Origin: the human T2T-CHM13v2.0 reference genome, Homo sapiens | Strand: one strand, 5' to 3' | Length of the DNA stretch: 64,000 bases | Assembly (NCBI RefSeq): GCF_009914755.1 | Contig: NC_060929.1 | Shown here: positions 19,205 to 34,436 of the stretch, in pieces | Position numbering within the stretch: position 1 is the stretch's first letter | Layout of the letters: each line of letters opens with the position of its first letter | Notes under the pieces: model-generated | Told to the model about the DNA's origin: nothing | What the model saw: only the letters and a program-made list of their open reading frames with translations | Database searches by the model: none | Translations under genes and position numbers: made by a program

Positions 19205-21949
19205 AGGTAATGCATTGTACTACCTTAAATTAACTCCTTATCCCTGATAATTTTCTTTTTTCTGAATTCTGCTTCTACCGAAATTAAAATTGCTCCAGCT
19301 TTCTTTTGATTAGTGTTAGTATAGTCTATGGTTTTTATTCCATTAATTTTGAAATATCTGTGTTTTTATATTTAAAGTGGGTTTCTTGTAGACAACATAT
19401 AATTGTCTTTTTTTTTTAAGTCTGCTCTGTCAGTCTCTATGTTTTAATTGATGTCTTTAGACTACTGGTGTTTAAAGTAAATTGGGTTAATATCTATCAT
19501 GTTTGTAAGTCTTTTCTATTCATTGCATTTGTTGTTTATTTCTTTTTCCGATTACCATCTTTCTCTGCCTTCTCTGGTTTTAACTGAGCATTTTATAATT
19601 ACATTTCTCTCTTTTGTTACCATGTGAACTATGTTCCTTAAAAATTATTTTAGTGGTTTACCCTCAAGTATTAACATACATTTATTTTGAAATCAAGTCT
19701 ACTTTCAAATAACACTATACCACTTCATGGGTAGTGCTGGTATCTTATAACAAAGTGTTCCCAATTCTTTCCTCTTGTCCTTTATAATATTGCTATCATT
19801 AATTTCACTTATTCACAACTGTAATTGCACTCAATATGTTGTTGCTATTAAATGTTATATTAAATAGATAAATTAAAAATAAGAAAAATAAAAGATTTTA
19901 TTTATCTTGATTTATTCTTTCCCTTATGCTTACTCTTTCTTTTTGTAGCTTCAAGTTCCCAACCTATAACATTTTCCTATTTTAATATTTATTGCAAGGT
20001 AGGTCTACTGGTAGCAAATTCTTTCAGTTTCTGTTTGAGAAAATCTTTTACTCTTTTACTTTTAAAGAGTGATATCTCTGTATGCAGAATTCTAAATTGA
20101 TGTTTTCTTATTTCAACACAACTTCCAATTTATTCTTGCTTAAATGATTTCTGAAGGGAAGTCCAATGTAGTCCTTATCCTTTTTCTTCTACAGGTAAGT
20201 TTTTTTTTCTGAATTCTTTCCATATTTACTCCTTGTCTTTGGTTTGCTGAAGTTTGAATATGATATGCGAGATCTTTTTATATATATCCTGCTTTGTTGT
20301 CTCTGAGCTTCCTGAGTCAGTCGTTTGATGTCTGCCATTAATTTTAGAAACCTCTTGCCATTATTACCTCACATATATTTTTGCTTCTGACTTTTTCTTC
20401 CTTTATTCCCATTATATGTACATTATACTTTTTGAAATTCACCCACAATTCTTTTATATTCTTTTTTCTCTTTAAATTATTTTTCTTTTAGTTTTGGTAG
20501 TTTCTACTGACATATCTTTAAGCTCACCATTTTTTTTTTCCACAGTGATGTCCAGTCTATTGATAAGCCCAGCAAAGATATTCTTTATTTCATTACGGTG
20601 TTTTTAATATCTAGCATTTCCTCTTGATTCTTTCTCAGAATATCTAGTCTCTGATTACATTATCTTCTATTTGTTCTTACAGGCAATCTACTTTGTCTAT
20701 TTGAGTTCTTAGCATATTAATTGTAGTAATTTTAAATTTTCAATCTGATAATTGCAAAATCTGCTATATCCAAGCCTAATTCTGATGCTTTCTTTATATT
20801 TTCAAACTATATTTTCTTCCTTTCTTTTAGCATGCTTTGTAACTTTTGTTGAAAGATGGATATGATGTATTGGATAAAAGAAACAGAAGTAAATAGGCCT
20901 TTACTATGAATTTTTATATTTATCTTGTTAGAAGTATGGCTGCATTTACTGTTTGACTTAGCTTTAGGCATTAATGGCTAAAATTTTCTCTAATGTGTTT
21001 GTTTCCATCTTCTCTGTTTTTCTTAGGTTATTTTTTTTTTTTTTTTTTTGAAACTCCTTCTTAAATAGAGTCTATGTCTTTCAGCTCTTCCAGTTGTGAT
21101 CCACTGATATTATACTGGAGCTCTGATGATATGGTGGTAAAGTTTTGAAGAGAAGTATTCTATAATCTCATGCTTATATCTCCATTTTTTTTAGTGGACC
21201 TCATTCTCTGGACTATGACCTTCAGAACAGTTTTCTACCTTTTGTTCTCACTGCATGTGAGACAGGAAGACTGGAAGGGACTTCAGTTGTTCCATTTGCC
21301 CTTCTCAGTCAGACAAAAATCAAGCAAAGTAGTTTCCCCCAAAGCTGGCCCTTTCCAGGGAGAATAGGACTCTATGGGCAGATTTCAGAATGATTACTCT
21401 TTCTTTTTCCCTGCTGGAAGCATGAGGTGATTTTTCTTCAATCTTTACTTAAGAACCTAATGGAGTACCTGGAGGCAAATCTCACAAAAATGTAGGGTCA
21501 TCCTAAGGTGCATTCCTCTAGAATTTTTAACTCCCAAGCTAGCCCATGGCTTAGGCTCTAGTGATTAGTCAATTGTCATTTAATTGTTTCTACCAGTTGC
21601 TAATTTGAGTGGAGGGTCCCTGCTCCTTGTAAGCTCTGATGCTCTGTATTCAGTCCAGTTGTGACTTCAATTCTCTGGTTAATTTTTAGTTTTTTCAGCT
21701 TCTTTATTGTTGTAAGAATTGTAGTCTTGACCTCTAAATTCTTTATCTGTTAAAGCAGAACTAAGAAGTATGATAAATAACTTTTCTTTACAGTTTTATC
21801 AATTTACATTTTCACGAACATATAATTTTACTTTTTAATACATGTCAATTTGATGGGCAAAATATTAATTTGCTGCTATTCTTTACATATATTTGCTACT
21901 GAGATGAGATATTTTCATATTTTGCCATTTGTTTTTCTTGTTTGTCATC

Positions 21950-24900
21950 TGTAAAGATGTACAGATGTAAATTGCTATAAAAATCAGATAAAAAATAAGG
22001 TCAATCTTGAAGAATAAAAATAAGCACTTCTCACTGAATACATTTACAGCAAGAAATGGAAAAATATAGTAAACTTTATTTGACTTGAACCCAATAAAAC
22101 TGAATAAATGTTTTAATTTTTAAAGTGGATAAAAAATTCATGACACAAAGGAAAATCTTGAGAGAAGAAATTTTTCTGTAACAGACAAAAACAAAATTGA
22201 AAATGCTGAAATATAACCTACAATAGAGAAAATATATATACTTCCTTAGCAAGAAGATAAATTTAAGAAAGAACAAAGAGAAGAACATTATGAGGTATTT
22301 TGAAAACAAATTTAGGAGTCCTAAAGTACAATAATAGACTCTCATAAAAGGCAAAACAAACAAACAAACAAACATAGAAGGTGTAAGACAAAATCAATAA
22401 AATAATTTTATTCTTTCTAGCTCTGGATATTTTCTTTTGTATCTTCTGATTGAAAGTACCCATAAAGAACCTGGTTACAATAATAAAAACTTAATAAGAA
22501 AACATATCCAGGTTTTCAAGTAACATTTTAGCATAAAGAAACATCATACCCTCAATGAAGAAAAAAAATTAGACTTTCTACGTATGAAGGAAAGCATGGT
22601 TTGCTTTAGATTCTCAGTTACCTTATGTTTCAGGAGCAGAGGAGCAATGATTGTAGAGTTTTGTAGTTAAAAAAAAAGTGATATGTAAGATAAAGAAGCC
22701 AATTTTCTTAGATATACTAATATTTAGGAAAGTCACCAGTTTTACATTCCTCAACACATGATTTAGAGAATATTTCAGCTAAGAAATGCATACATCAAAA
22801 GATATACAAAATACATCAGAAATGAATAACTCAGGAAGTAGGAAACTGTGGTATTAAAAACTAGCAAAAATCAATGAAAATCAAACAGTAATCAGAAGTA
22901 TTGTTTATGTATTATTTATGTATTATTCTTTCATCAATAGTTTACACCCCCAAATTATCAGTGTTCTGTACTGTTCAATAAGTTAAGAAGCAGCTTTGGA
23001 ATATACATTTTAATAAGTTTACCATGATTTTCTAATGTATGGTCTTGGCACCAAACTTTTGAGAAGTATTCTTCCATGTTTTCATTCAAAGAAATCCCAT
23101 GATTTTAATTACTATCTGCATGCTACTATATCCTAGGTGTATTGAATATTACTCTAGCTAAGAGTTATCCTCTGAGTTTCATGTGTAGAAACGCAACTGC
23201 TCTCTCAACAAATCCCAACAAACTTACTTGAAAGTTGAACAGGCATTTCAAAGTCACTATATCAAAATAGAGCAAATTCTATCCCCATTCCTAAATCCAT
23301 AACTTGTCTAGTGTTTCCTTAACTCACACAATGGCATCACCATTTATCTATCTGAACATCATTATTAGAGAGTTAAATAATTTTACCTATAGATATCTGC
23401 TGCAAAATTGTGCTATGTATAAATCTTAGCAAAACAGCTTGGGCTTTTTCTTGGTAGTCTGTATTTTTATTCCTTCAGTTTGTTTTATTATATTTCAGGC
23501 TTTCCAGAATAATATTTATTGTTGAAATGGATTGATAGAAAACCTTGCATTTTAAAAAAAATTAGTGGGGATCTTTAAAAGTCTTACCATTAATTATAAT
23601 ATTACTATAGGCTTTTGATTTATATTTACTCAAAATTTTATGAGATTTTAAAAAATCATAAACGAATGTTCATTTTGTGAAATTATTTTCAGCTTTTATG
23701 TCTAATTCTTTGCTATTCTTTAATATGTTAATGTGATAAATTACACCGATTGTTTAAAATTCTGAACTATCCTTGCATTCTACAATAAACTCGCTTTATT
23801 AAAATGCATAAATTCTTGGATGTAATACACCATGAACAACCAAGAAATATGTACAAGAAGGTATAAAACAAGAAAGTTTTAGATGCTTACACACACATGC
23901 TCACATACACACACAAGCACAAACACACACAAATAACCTAAGTCTTGTCTAAAACATCTTCATGGCAATGCTCATTATCAGAAAGAAATGGAATAATGTC
24001 TAAAAGTTTTGAAGAAAAAAAGTGTGGCCAAACAAACTTAATGCCACCAAATTGTCATTCATGTACAAAGGTGGCAGATTCACAGCATGCAAGAACTCTG
24101 GTAATTTAGTACCTATGCAACCTACCAAAAAACATAATTAAAAAAATTAAAAATCTTGTTTAAAACAGCCAACTAGAAAAGAATCAAAATAATAGACTAA
24201 AAAGTGAAAAGCCTGCTTTATAAATGTTAATGGCAAGCAATTAATCTATTTAAATATATATTTAAGGCTAAACAAGGATGAGAAGTTTAAATTAGGGAAT
24301 GTGAATGTTATATCTACTGAAAGAAAAACTATGTAATTATAGGAAAACCTTCCTAAGCTTACCAACAGAAATTAGAAGTCTTCTTTTAGAGGAAGAACAC
24401 TTCTGGAAGATGTAATTAAAGAGGACAGTTTTAAAGAAACACATTTTTCTTCATGTTTTATATCAGCAAATTTATAGATTTTTTCATGTCTAAGACAGAG
24501 AAAACAAGACATACTGCTTTAGTTATTAATTTTATAAGGTATCCATTAGAAGAATGAGGAATACACTGCTTATTTTCAAACAGTCAGAAATATTAAAAAA
24601 GAAAGAAAAATGAAAACTGTAGAGCAAATGATAGAAAGGAAAGTGAACAATAAGGAAACATTAAGAAACTAATATCGATGGAGGAAAGGACCATTTTTCA
24701 AATGGTATAAATAATTACAACCCAATTTGTATGACATTTACAAAAAACATACCCAAAACAAAGTGACTTATGATGGCTTAAATTAAAAACGTGAAAATAT
24801 ACCTGATAAGATTATATTAAAGCAAAAAAATGTACAAAGGAAAAGAGAGACAGTTATGATAAAAGGCATAATATGTTACAAATTATACTATCAATCTGTT

Positions 24901-25790
24901 TGAACCAAATGATAGTAGCCTAAAAATTCATAAATACAAGGTTTAGAAAATGAAAAAGAAATTGATATCAGCAATCTAATTGTCAAATAATCTTCTTGAT
25001 GTATTAGAAACAGCACCAGAAAATTAAATAAAGTACAGATTTGTGCTTAAAATATTAAGAACTCAACAAAGACAAATAAAACCTTTAGTTTCTATTTCAT
25101 GAAATTTGTCCTAAATAATTTTGGCTGGAAAGTTTTAATGCAAGAGTTACTCTTTGTAACTGTGGTCATAGAAATAGAAGTATGTTATTTAACATATTTA
25201 CAAAACATCAAGGACACCAACCAATCACAATTTAGAGGCTTCAATTAATCAATCAAAGTAGAAATTAGCCCTGAAAAAGCAAGCTATACTACTACATGGA
25301 AATAAAAATGCATGTTTTGAGGAACTGTACATCCTAAATCATCTCATCAGAAAAAAACTAATTGACAATATACTATTTATTATTTTAGTAGAATGAGCTC
25401 TTTAATTTGGGGAATACAAATTAATGTTTTATTAATTTTAAATTTTAATATAATTCCAAGGTTACAGAAATTTTGCAAGAATAGTTTAAAGAACAACTGA
25501 ATACCACTTACCCAGATTTAGAATATTTATTTTACCCCATTGGCTTTATTATTATCTCTCTCCCTAAAATATACGAACATACAAGAGAAAGAAAAAGAAA
25601 AAGAGAGAGAAGGAAGTATTTTTCTGAATTATTTAAATATAAATTACTAACATTGTTCTCATTTACCCGTAAATTCATCAGGGGTATTTACTAATAACAA
25701 GAACATTCTTTTTTATAACACAGTGAAATTATCAAAATCAGAAAATTTAACACTGACACTTGGAATTATGTCATGTACAGTCCACGTCTA
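21950..25790. mobile_element. Mosaic of very old L1ME/HAL1-like, L2 and L1MC 3'-end fragments on both strands
   Basis: ORF1-like A-rich plus-strand pieces (22000-22870, 23930-25400); L2-like 23090-23350; minus-strand L1 RT piece 23400-23820; minus L1MC 3' end TTACAGAAATTTTGCAAGAATAG (~25460). Boundaries approximate. Confidence 0.45.
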
Positions 25791-25797
25791 AATTGTC

Positions 25798-27180
<1,383 letters not shown>

Positions 27181-30100
27181 TTTTTTTTTTTTTTTTTTAC
27201 TTTTAAGTTCAGGAGTACGTGTGCAAGTTCATCATATAGATAAATTGTGTGTCATGGGCATTTGGTGTACATATTATTTTGTCACCCAGGTAACAAGCAT
27301 AGTACCTGGTAGTTTTTCTATCTTCACCCACCAAAAGTCAGATGGTTGAAGATATGCAGCCTTATTTCTGGGCTTTCTTGTCTGTTCCATTGGTCAGTGT
27401 GTCTGTTTTTGTGCCAGTATCATGCTGTTTTGGTTACTGGAGCCTGGTAGCATAGTTTGAATTTGGGTAATACAATGCCTCCAGGTTTATTCTTTTCACT
27501 TAGGATTGCCTGTTGAATTATAGAATAGTATTTTTTTTCTAATTCCGTGAAGAATGTCACTGGTAGTTTAATAGGAATAGAATTAAATCTGTAAATTGCT
27601 TTGGAAGTATAGCCAGTTTAAAAATATTAGATTCTTCCTATCTATGAGCATGAAATGCTGTTTCCTTTTTTTGTGTCATCTCTAATTTCTTTAAGAAGTA
27701 TTTTGTAATTCTCATCGTAGAGATCTTTCACCACCCTAGTTAGCTGTATTCCTAGGTATTTTATTCTTCTGTGGCTATTATGAATGGGATTGTATTCTTG
27801 ATTTGGCTCTCAGTTTGGATGTTGTTGCTGTATAGGAAAGCTATTGAATTTTGTACATTGACTTTGTGTCCTGAAACTTTGCTGAAGTTGTTTATCACAT
27901 CTTGGAACTTTTGGGCAGAGACTATGGTGTTTTTAAGCTATAGAATCGTATCATCTGCAAACAGAAATAGATAATTTGATTTCCTCTCTTTCTATTTGGA
28001 TGCTTTTCATTTGTTTCTTTTGCCTGATTGCTCTGGCTAGTATTTCCCAAACTATGTTGAATAGGAGTGGTAAGAATGGGCATCCTTGTCTTCTTTTTGT
28101 GCTCAAGGAGAATTCTTCTAGCTTTTGCTCATTTAGTGTGATGTCAGCTGTCGGTTTGTCATAGATGACTCTTACTATTTTGAGGTATGTTCCTTCAGAC
28201 CTAGTTCGTTGAAATTTTTTATTATAAAGAGATGTTGAATATTACTGAAATTTATTATTGAATATTATTGAAAGTATTTTCTGTATCTATTAAGATGATC
28301 ATGAGATTTTTGTTTTTTCTGTTTATGTAATGCATCACATTTATTGATTTGTATATGTTGAACCAACCTTGCATCCCAGGGATAAAGCCTATTTGATAAT
28401 ATTGGATATCTTTTTTGATACACTGCTGATTTTAATTTGCTGGCATTTTGTTGAGGATTTTTACATATATGTGCATCAAAGGTATTGGCCTAAAGTCTTC
28501 TATTCCTTTCTTTTTCTTTTTTTTGGTATTGTTTCTGTCAGGTTTTGATATCAGGATGACGCTGGTCTCGTAGAATGAGACAGGGAGAAGTCCTTCCTCC
28601 TCAATTTCTTAGCATAGTTTTAGTAGGAATGGTACCAGCTCTTCTGTATACATGTGGTAGAATTTGGTTGTGAATCTTTCTGGTCCTGGGCTTTTAGTGG
28701 TTGGTAGATATTTTATTACCAATTCAATTTCAGAACTTGTTATTCTTTTCAAGGATTCAATTGCTTCCTAGTTCAGTCTTGGGAGGTGGGATGTTTCCAG
28801 GAATTTTTCTATTTCTTATAGATTTTCTCACTTGTGCATAGAGGTGTTCACAGTAGTCTCTGAAGGTTTTTGTGTTTTTGTCAGTTCACTGGTAACGTCC
28901 CCTTAGTCATTTCTGATTATGTGTATTTGAATCTTCTTTTATTCTTTATTAGTCTAGCTAGTATTTATCAATCTTACTTATTCTTTGAAAGAACCATCTC
29001 CTGGATTTGTTAATCTTTTGTATAGTTTTTTTGCACCTCAACTTCCTTTAGTTCAGCTCTGATTTTGATTATTTCCTGTCTTCTGCCATCTTTAGGGCTG
29101 GTTTGCTCTTGTTTCTCTGGTTTATGTGTCATGTGAAATTGTTAATTTGAGATGTTTCTAACTTTTTGATGTGGGCATTTAGCACTATAAACATTCCTCT
29201 TAACACTGCTTTATCTGTGTCCCAGAGATTATGGTATGTTGTATATTTGCTCTCATTATTTTCAAATAATTTCTTGATTTCTGCCTAAATTTTATTATTT
29301 TCCCCAAAATCATTCAGGAGCAGGTTCTTTAATTTTCATGTAATTGTATGCTTTTAAGTGATTTTCTTAGTATTGACTTCTATTTTTATTGCACTGTATT
29401 TCAAGATTGTGGTTGGTATGATTTTGGGTTTTTTGAATTTGCTAAGGATTGTTTTATGGGAAATTGTGTGGTCAGTTCTAGAGTATATTCAGATGAGAAG
29501 AATCTCTATTCTGTTGTTTTCACATGGAGTGTTCTGAAGGTGTCTGTTAGGTTTCTTTAGTCAAGTGTCAAGTTCAGGTCTTGAATATCTTTGTTAGTTT
29601 TCTTCCTCTATGATCTGTCTAATACTGTCAGAGGGGTGTTGAACTCTCCCACTGTTATTGTGTGGTTATCTAAGTCTTGTCATAGGTCTCCTAAGAACTT
29701 GCTTTACGAATCTGGGTGTTTCTGTGCTGGGTGCAAAATATATTTACAATAGTTAAGTATTCTTGTTGAGTTGAACCCTTTAACATTATGTAATACCATT
29801 CTTTGTCTTTTTTTGATCTTTTTTGGCTTAAAGTCTGGTTTGTCTGTAATTAGAATAGCAATCCCTGCATTTTTCTGTTTCCATTTGCTTGGTAGATTTT
29901 TCTCCATCCCTTTACTTTGAGCCTATGAGTGTCATTGCATATGAGTTGGGTCTCTTGAAGACAACATATAGTTGAGTCTTTATTCTTTATCCAACTTGCC
30001 ACTGTGTGCCTTTTAATTGGAGCATTTAGCCTGTTTACTTACATTCAAGGTTAATATTGATATTTGCAGATTTGATCTGGTCATTGTGTTGGTAGCTGGT

Positions 30101-31260
30101 TATTATGTAGACTTGATTGTATCATTGCTTTACAGTGGCAATGGTCTATGTACTTAAGTGTGGTTTTATGGTGCTATATAAGGAAAGGAACAATCTTTCC
30201 TTTCCATATTTAGCACTACCTTAAGGGCCTCTTGTAAGTCAGGTATTGTGATAATGAATTCACTTAGCAGTTGCTTGTCTGAAAGGGATCTTATTTCTCC
30301 TTCATTTATGCAGCTTAACTTGTCTAGATATGAAATATTTGTCTGAAATTTCTTCTCTTTAAAAATGCTGAATATAGGCCCTCAATCTCAACTGGCTTGT
30401 AGGGTTCCTACAGAAAGGTCCGCTGTCGTCCTGATGGGGTTCCCTTTGTAAGTGACCTGCCCCTTCTCTCTAGCTGCTTTTAACACTTTTTCTTTCATTT
30501 TGAACTTGGAGAATCTGATGGCTATGTGTCTTGGATATGATCATCTTGTATAGTGTCTTGCAGGGATTCTCTGCATTTCTGAATTTGAATGTTGGCCTCT
30601 ATAGCAAGGTTGGGGAAATTTTTATGGATGATATCCTCAAATATATTTTCCAAGTTACTTGCTTTCTCTTCCTATCTTTCAGAGATGCCAATAAGTTGTA
30701 GATTTGCTCTCTTTACACAATACCATATTTCTTGGAGGCTATGTTTATTCTGCTCTATTCTTTTTTCTGTATATTTTTCCTAACTCAGTGATTTTGGAGA
30801 ACCACACTTCAGGTTCTGAGATTCTTTCCTCAGCTTGGTCTATTCTTCTATTAATACTTGTAATTGTATTATAAGATTTTTGAGGTATGTTTGTCAGATC
30901 AGTTTGGTTTGTTCTTAAAATCACCATTTTGTCTTTTGTCTCCTGTATGTTTTACTGTATTCCTTAGACTCCTGGGACTGGGTTTCAACTTTCTGAATCC
31001 AAATGATATCCATTCATATCCATATCCTGAGTTCTATTTCTGTCATTTCAGCCACTTCAGCCTGGTTAAAAACTATTGCTGGGGAAGAAGTGCAATTGTG
31101 TGGAGGTGAGAAAACACTCTGGCTTTTTGAGTTGCCAGAGTTCTTGCACTGACTGTTTCTCATCTGTGTGGGCTGATGTTCTTTTAATTTTTAAAGTTGC
31201 TATCTTTTGGATCAGTTTGTTTGTTTGTTTGCCTTTATCTGCTTTGATGCCCTTAGGAGT
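27181..31260 (-). mobile_element. L1PA15/16-like LINE-1 with a large deletion near the 3' end
   Basis: Poly-T then ACTTTTAAGTTCAGG...TTGTCACCCAGGTAACAAGCATAGTACC (old L1PA 3'UTR); jumps at ~27335 into ORF2; ORF2 EN (track ORF 29704-29907) and ORF1 (30745-30927) remnants follow. Confidence 0.85.
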
Positions 31261-31299
31261 TTGTTTGTTTCTGTTTTTTTTTAATTTTATTTTAGAATT

Positions 31300-31740
31300 T
31301 CTCCCATTCTATTTTATTTTATTAAATATGCAAAACTTAACATGAGTCAATAAATCAAACTTGTACACAAAAAACTAGAGTCAGAGAAGTAGAAATAGCA
31401 TACTGGAAGACTTCTACCTCATCCCTGCCCTCCTTTAAAAGGGAATGACTTACATTGTTTCTTAGTTTATCCTTCCATGTTTCTTTTTGCAAAAATAAGC
31501 ATGCCTAGATATACTTTCTTATTTCTACTCCCCTTTTTCACAAAAGTACCATTTTATGTACAATATTTTACTTTTTGCTTTTTCTTCTCACTTAAAAATC
31601 ACTATATATTAGTTTATAGAGATTAACATTGTTATTTTTATAGGTGCACGGTTATTCATTGTGTGTATATAGGAACGTTTATTCAATCACTCTCTTATCT
31701 ATGGGCATTTTGATTGTTGCCAATATTTCTACTTTCTAAA
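31300..31740 (-). mobile_element. L1ME-like 3' end fragment
   Basis: TTCATTGTGTGTATA...TTTATTCAATCACTCTC...ATGGGCATTTTGATTGTTGCCAATA motif. Confidence 0.5.
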
Positions 31741-33106
31741 GCTTATTTATAGTTTCAACATAATCTGACATTTGATCAAGTTTTATGAATCTTCCATGTG
31801 CCTCTTAAGAAAATGTATATTCTCTGTTATCAGAGTATAAATGTTAATATATTTTTGTATCTTGTGTCTTATATTTTGTGTTTTTCAGGATTCTAAATTC
31901 TCCTATCATGCTTCTTTTTTCTCTTCATCATTTTACTTAAGATTGACCTTTTAAAATATTCATCTATGTATTTACCTTTGTGCGCATGTCTTTCAGGATC
32001 TTAAATTTCCTCTCTTGCTCCTTTTTTTCTTTTACCACTCAGTCTCTAAACGATACCACCACTCACTTTCTTTTCACTCTTACTTCTCTCAGAAGCACTG
32101 TTTCTAAGATTAATACTTTGAATCCCATTCACTTGCAGGTCCCTTCCCTGTAAATGTTATATGATCTGCAAGATTCTTCTTCATTATTTTTGCACGTAGC
32201 ATGGGTTTTCTCTTTCTGGGGGTGATTTTAGCTCTTTTTTTACTCATACTCCTTCCATGGACCCAGCTAATCCTTTGTAAGTCTTGGAGCAAGACCTCTG
32301 GAAATAGCTCTTCTGGAAATAGCTCTTCTGGAAATTGGAGTTTACTTTTCTATATAGAGGTAATTTGATGTTTATTTTGTTTCTGTCTTCTATATATACT
32401 CAAGGCATGATATTTGAAGTTTATGTGGATAGACTCAGAGTTGTGCAGCTGCTATTTTCTCAGCTAACAACCAATTAAAATTTAAAGGTCTATTATCAAA
32501 AGTAATGACTTCTAGAAACATTGTTACTTAGACCTATTTGATAATAAATTGGTCTCAAAAACAGTCAACTGAGGCAATTTCTGTTCTCTGAGAATAAAAT
32601 ATCACCTTTTTTAATGCAGGAAACATGATTTTCTAGTACTTAAAGAATAGAAACAAGCATATAGATCACTTGAAATCATTTTAAGTTCATTAAACTAAAA
32701 GAATAAAAGTAAATTGTGGGTAGAGAAAGCAAGTACACCACCCTATATTTTAATAATTTGAATTATCTGGTTGGTAAGCAGGCAATTTTTGTGGAACTTG
32801 GACTTTTAGATTAGTGACAAGATTCAAGATCCAAGCATTATTTACTGGAACTTTATATTGAACTCAAGCAGCTTAATTCATAATGTGCTCCTTTCCACAA
32901 AGGATAGGGAAAACAAAATCAATAAGTACTCAGAACAGTCTTCTATTTTTCCTACAAAACTTCCCTTCAAGTTAATAAAGAGTGAAAAAGTCATTAATAA
33001 TGGGATAGTCTTAACAAAAGTTTCCTTGAGTTCATGTAAAATATTTTCCTCAGGAATTCAGACATGTAATTTGTCAAGGAAAGAACCTGTTATAAAAATA
33101 AATGCA

Positions 33107-34436
33107 GGGGGTACTGCTGGCAAGATGGCTGGATAGGAACAGTTCCAGTCTGCAGCTCCCAGCGAGATTGACACAGAAGGCGGGTGATTTCTGCATTTCT
33201 AACTGAGGTACCTGGTTCATCTCATTGGGACAGGCTGGACAGTGGATACGGCCCAAGGAGGGCAAGGTGAAGCAAGGTGGGTCATCATCTCACCCAGGAA
33301 GTGCAAGGGGTCAAAGAACTCCGTGTCCTAGCCAAAGGAAGCCAACTGGGACTGTACCGTGCACTCTGGCCTAGATACTGTGCTTTTCTCACAGTCTTCA
33401 CAACCCGCAGACCAGGAGATTCCCTCTGGTGCAGATGACACCAGGGCCCTAGGTTTCCAGCACAAAACTGGGCGGCCATTTGGGCAGACACAGAGCTAGC
33501 CGCAGGAGTTTTTTCTTCATGCCCCAGTGGCTCCTGGAATGCCAGTGAGACAGAACCGTTCACTTCCCTGGAAAGAGGGGCTGAAGCCAGGGAGCCAAGT
33601 AGTCTGGCTCAGCAGGTCCCATCCCACGGAGCCCAGCAAGCTAAGATCTACTGGCTTGAAATTCTTGCTGCTACCACAGCAGTCTGAGCTCCACCTGGGA
33701 TGCTTGAGTTTGGTAGGGGGAGGGGCGTCCACCATTGCTGAGTCTTGAGTAGGTGGTTTAACCCTCACAATGTAAACAAAGTCGCTGGGAACTTCGAACT
33801 AGGTGGAGCCCACCTCACCTCAGCAAGGCCACTGCAGCCAGACTGCCTCTCTCTAGATTCCCTCCTCTCTGGACAGGGCATCTCTGAAAAAAAAAGACAG
33901 CAGCCCCAGTCAGGGACGTATAGATAAAACCCCCCCACCCCTGGGACAGAGCACCTGGGGAAAGGGGTGGTTGTGGGTGCAGATTCAGCAGACTTAAACA
34001 TCCCTGCCTGGCAGCTCTGAAGCGAGCAGTGGATATCCCAGCACAGTGTTTGAGCTCTGATAAGGGACAGAAAACCTCCTCAAGTGGGTCCCTGACCCTT
34101 GTGTATCCTGACTGGGACACATCTCCCAGTAGAAGCCAACAGACACCTCAAACAGGAGAGCTCTGGCTGGCATCTGGTGGGTGCCCCTCTGGGATGAAGC
34201 TTCCAAAGGAAGAACAGGCAACAATCTTTGCCTCTGCCAGTGATACCCAGGCAAACAGAGTCTGGAGTGGACCTCCAGTAAACTCAAGCAGACCTGCAAC
34301 AGAGCAGCCTGACTGTTAGAAGGAAAACTAACAAACAGAAAGGAATAGTATCAATATCAACAAAAAGGACGTCCACTCAGAGACCCCAGCCAAAGGTCAC
34401 CAACTTCAAAGACCAAAGGTAGCTAAATCCACAAAG
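33107..34436 (+). promoter_or_regulatory. L1 5'UTR internal promoter (YY1 motif CAAGATGGC at 33121-33129), CpG-eroded
   Basis: Position within the full-length L1; YY1 core intact; few CpGs remain. Activity cannot be inferred from sequence. Confidence 0.6.
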
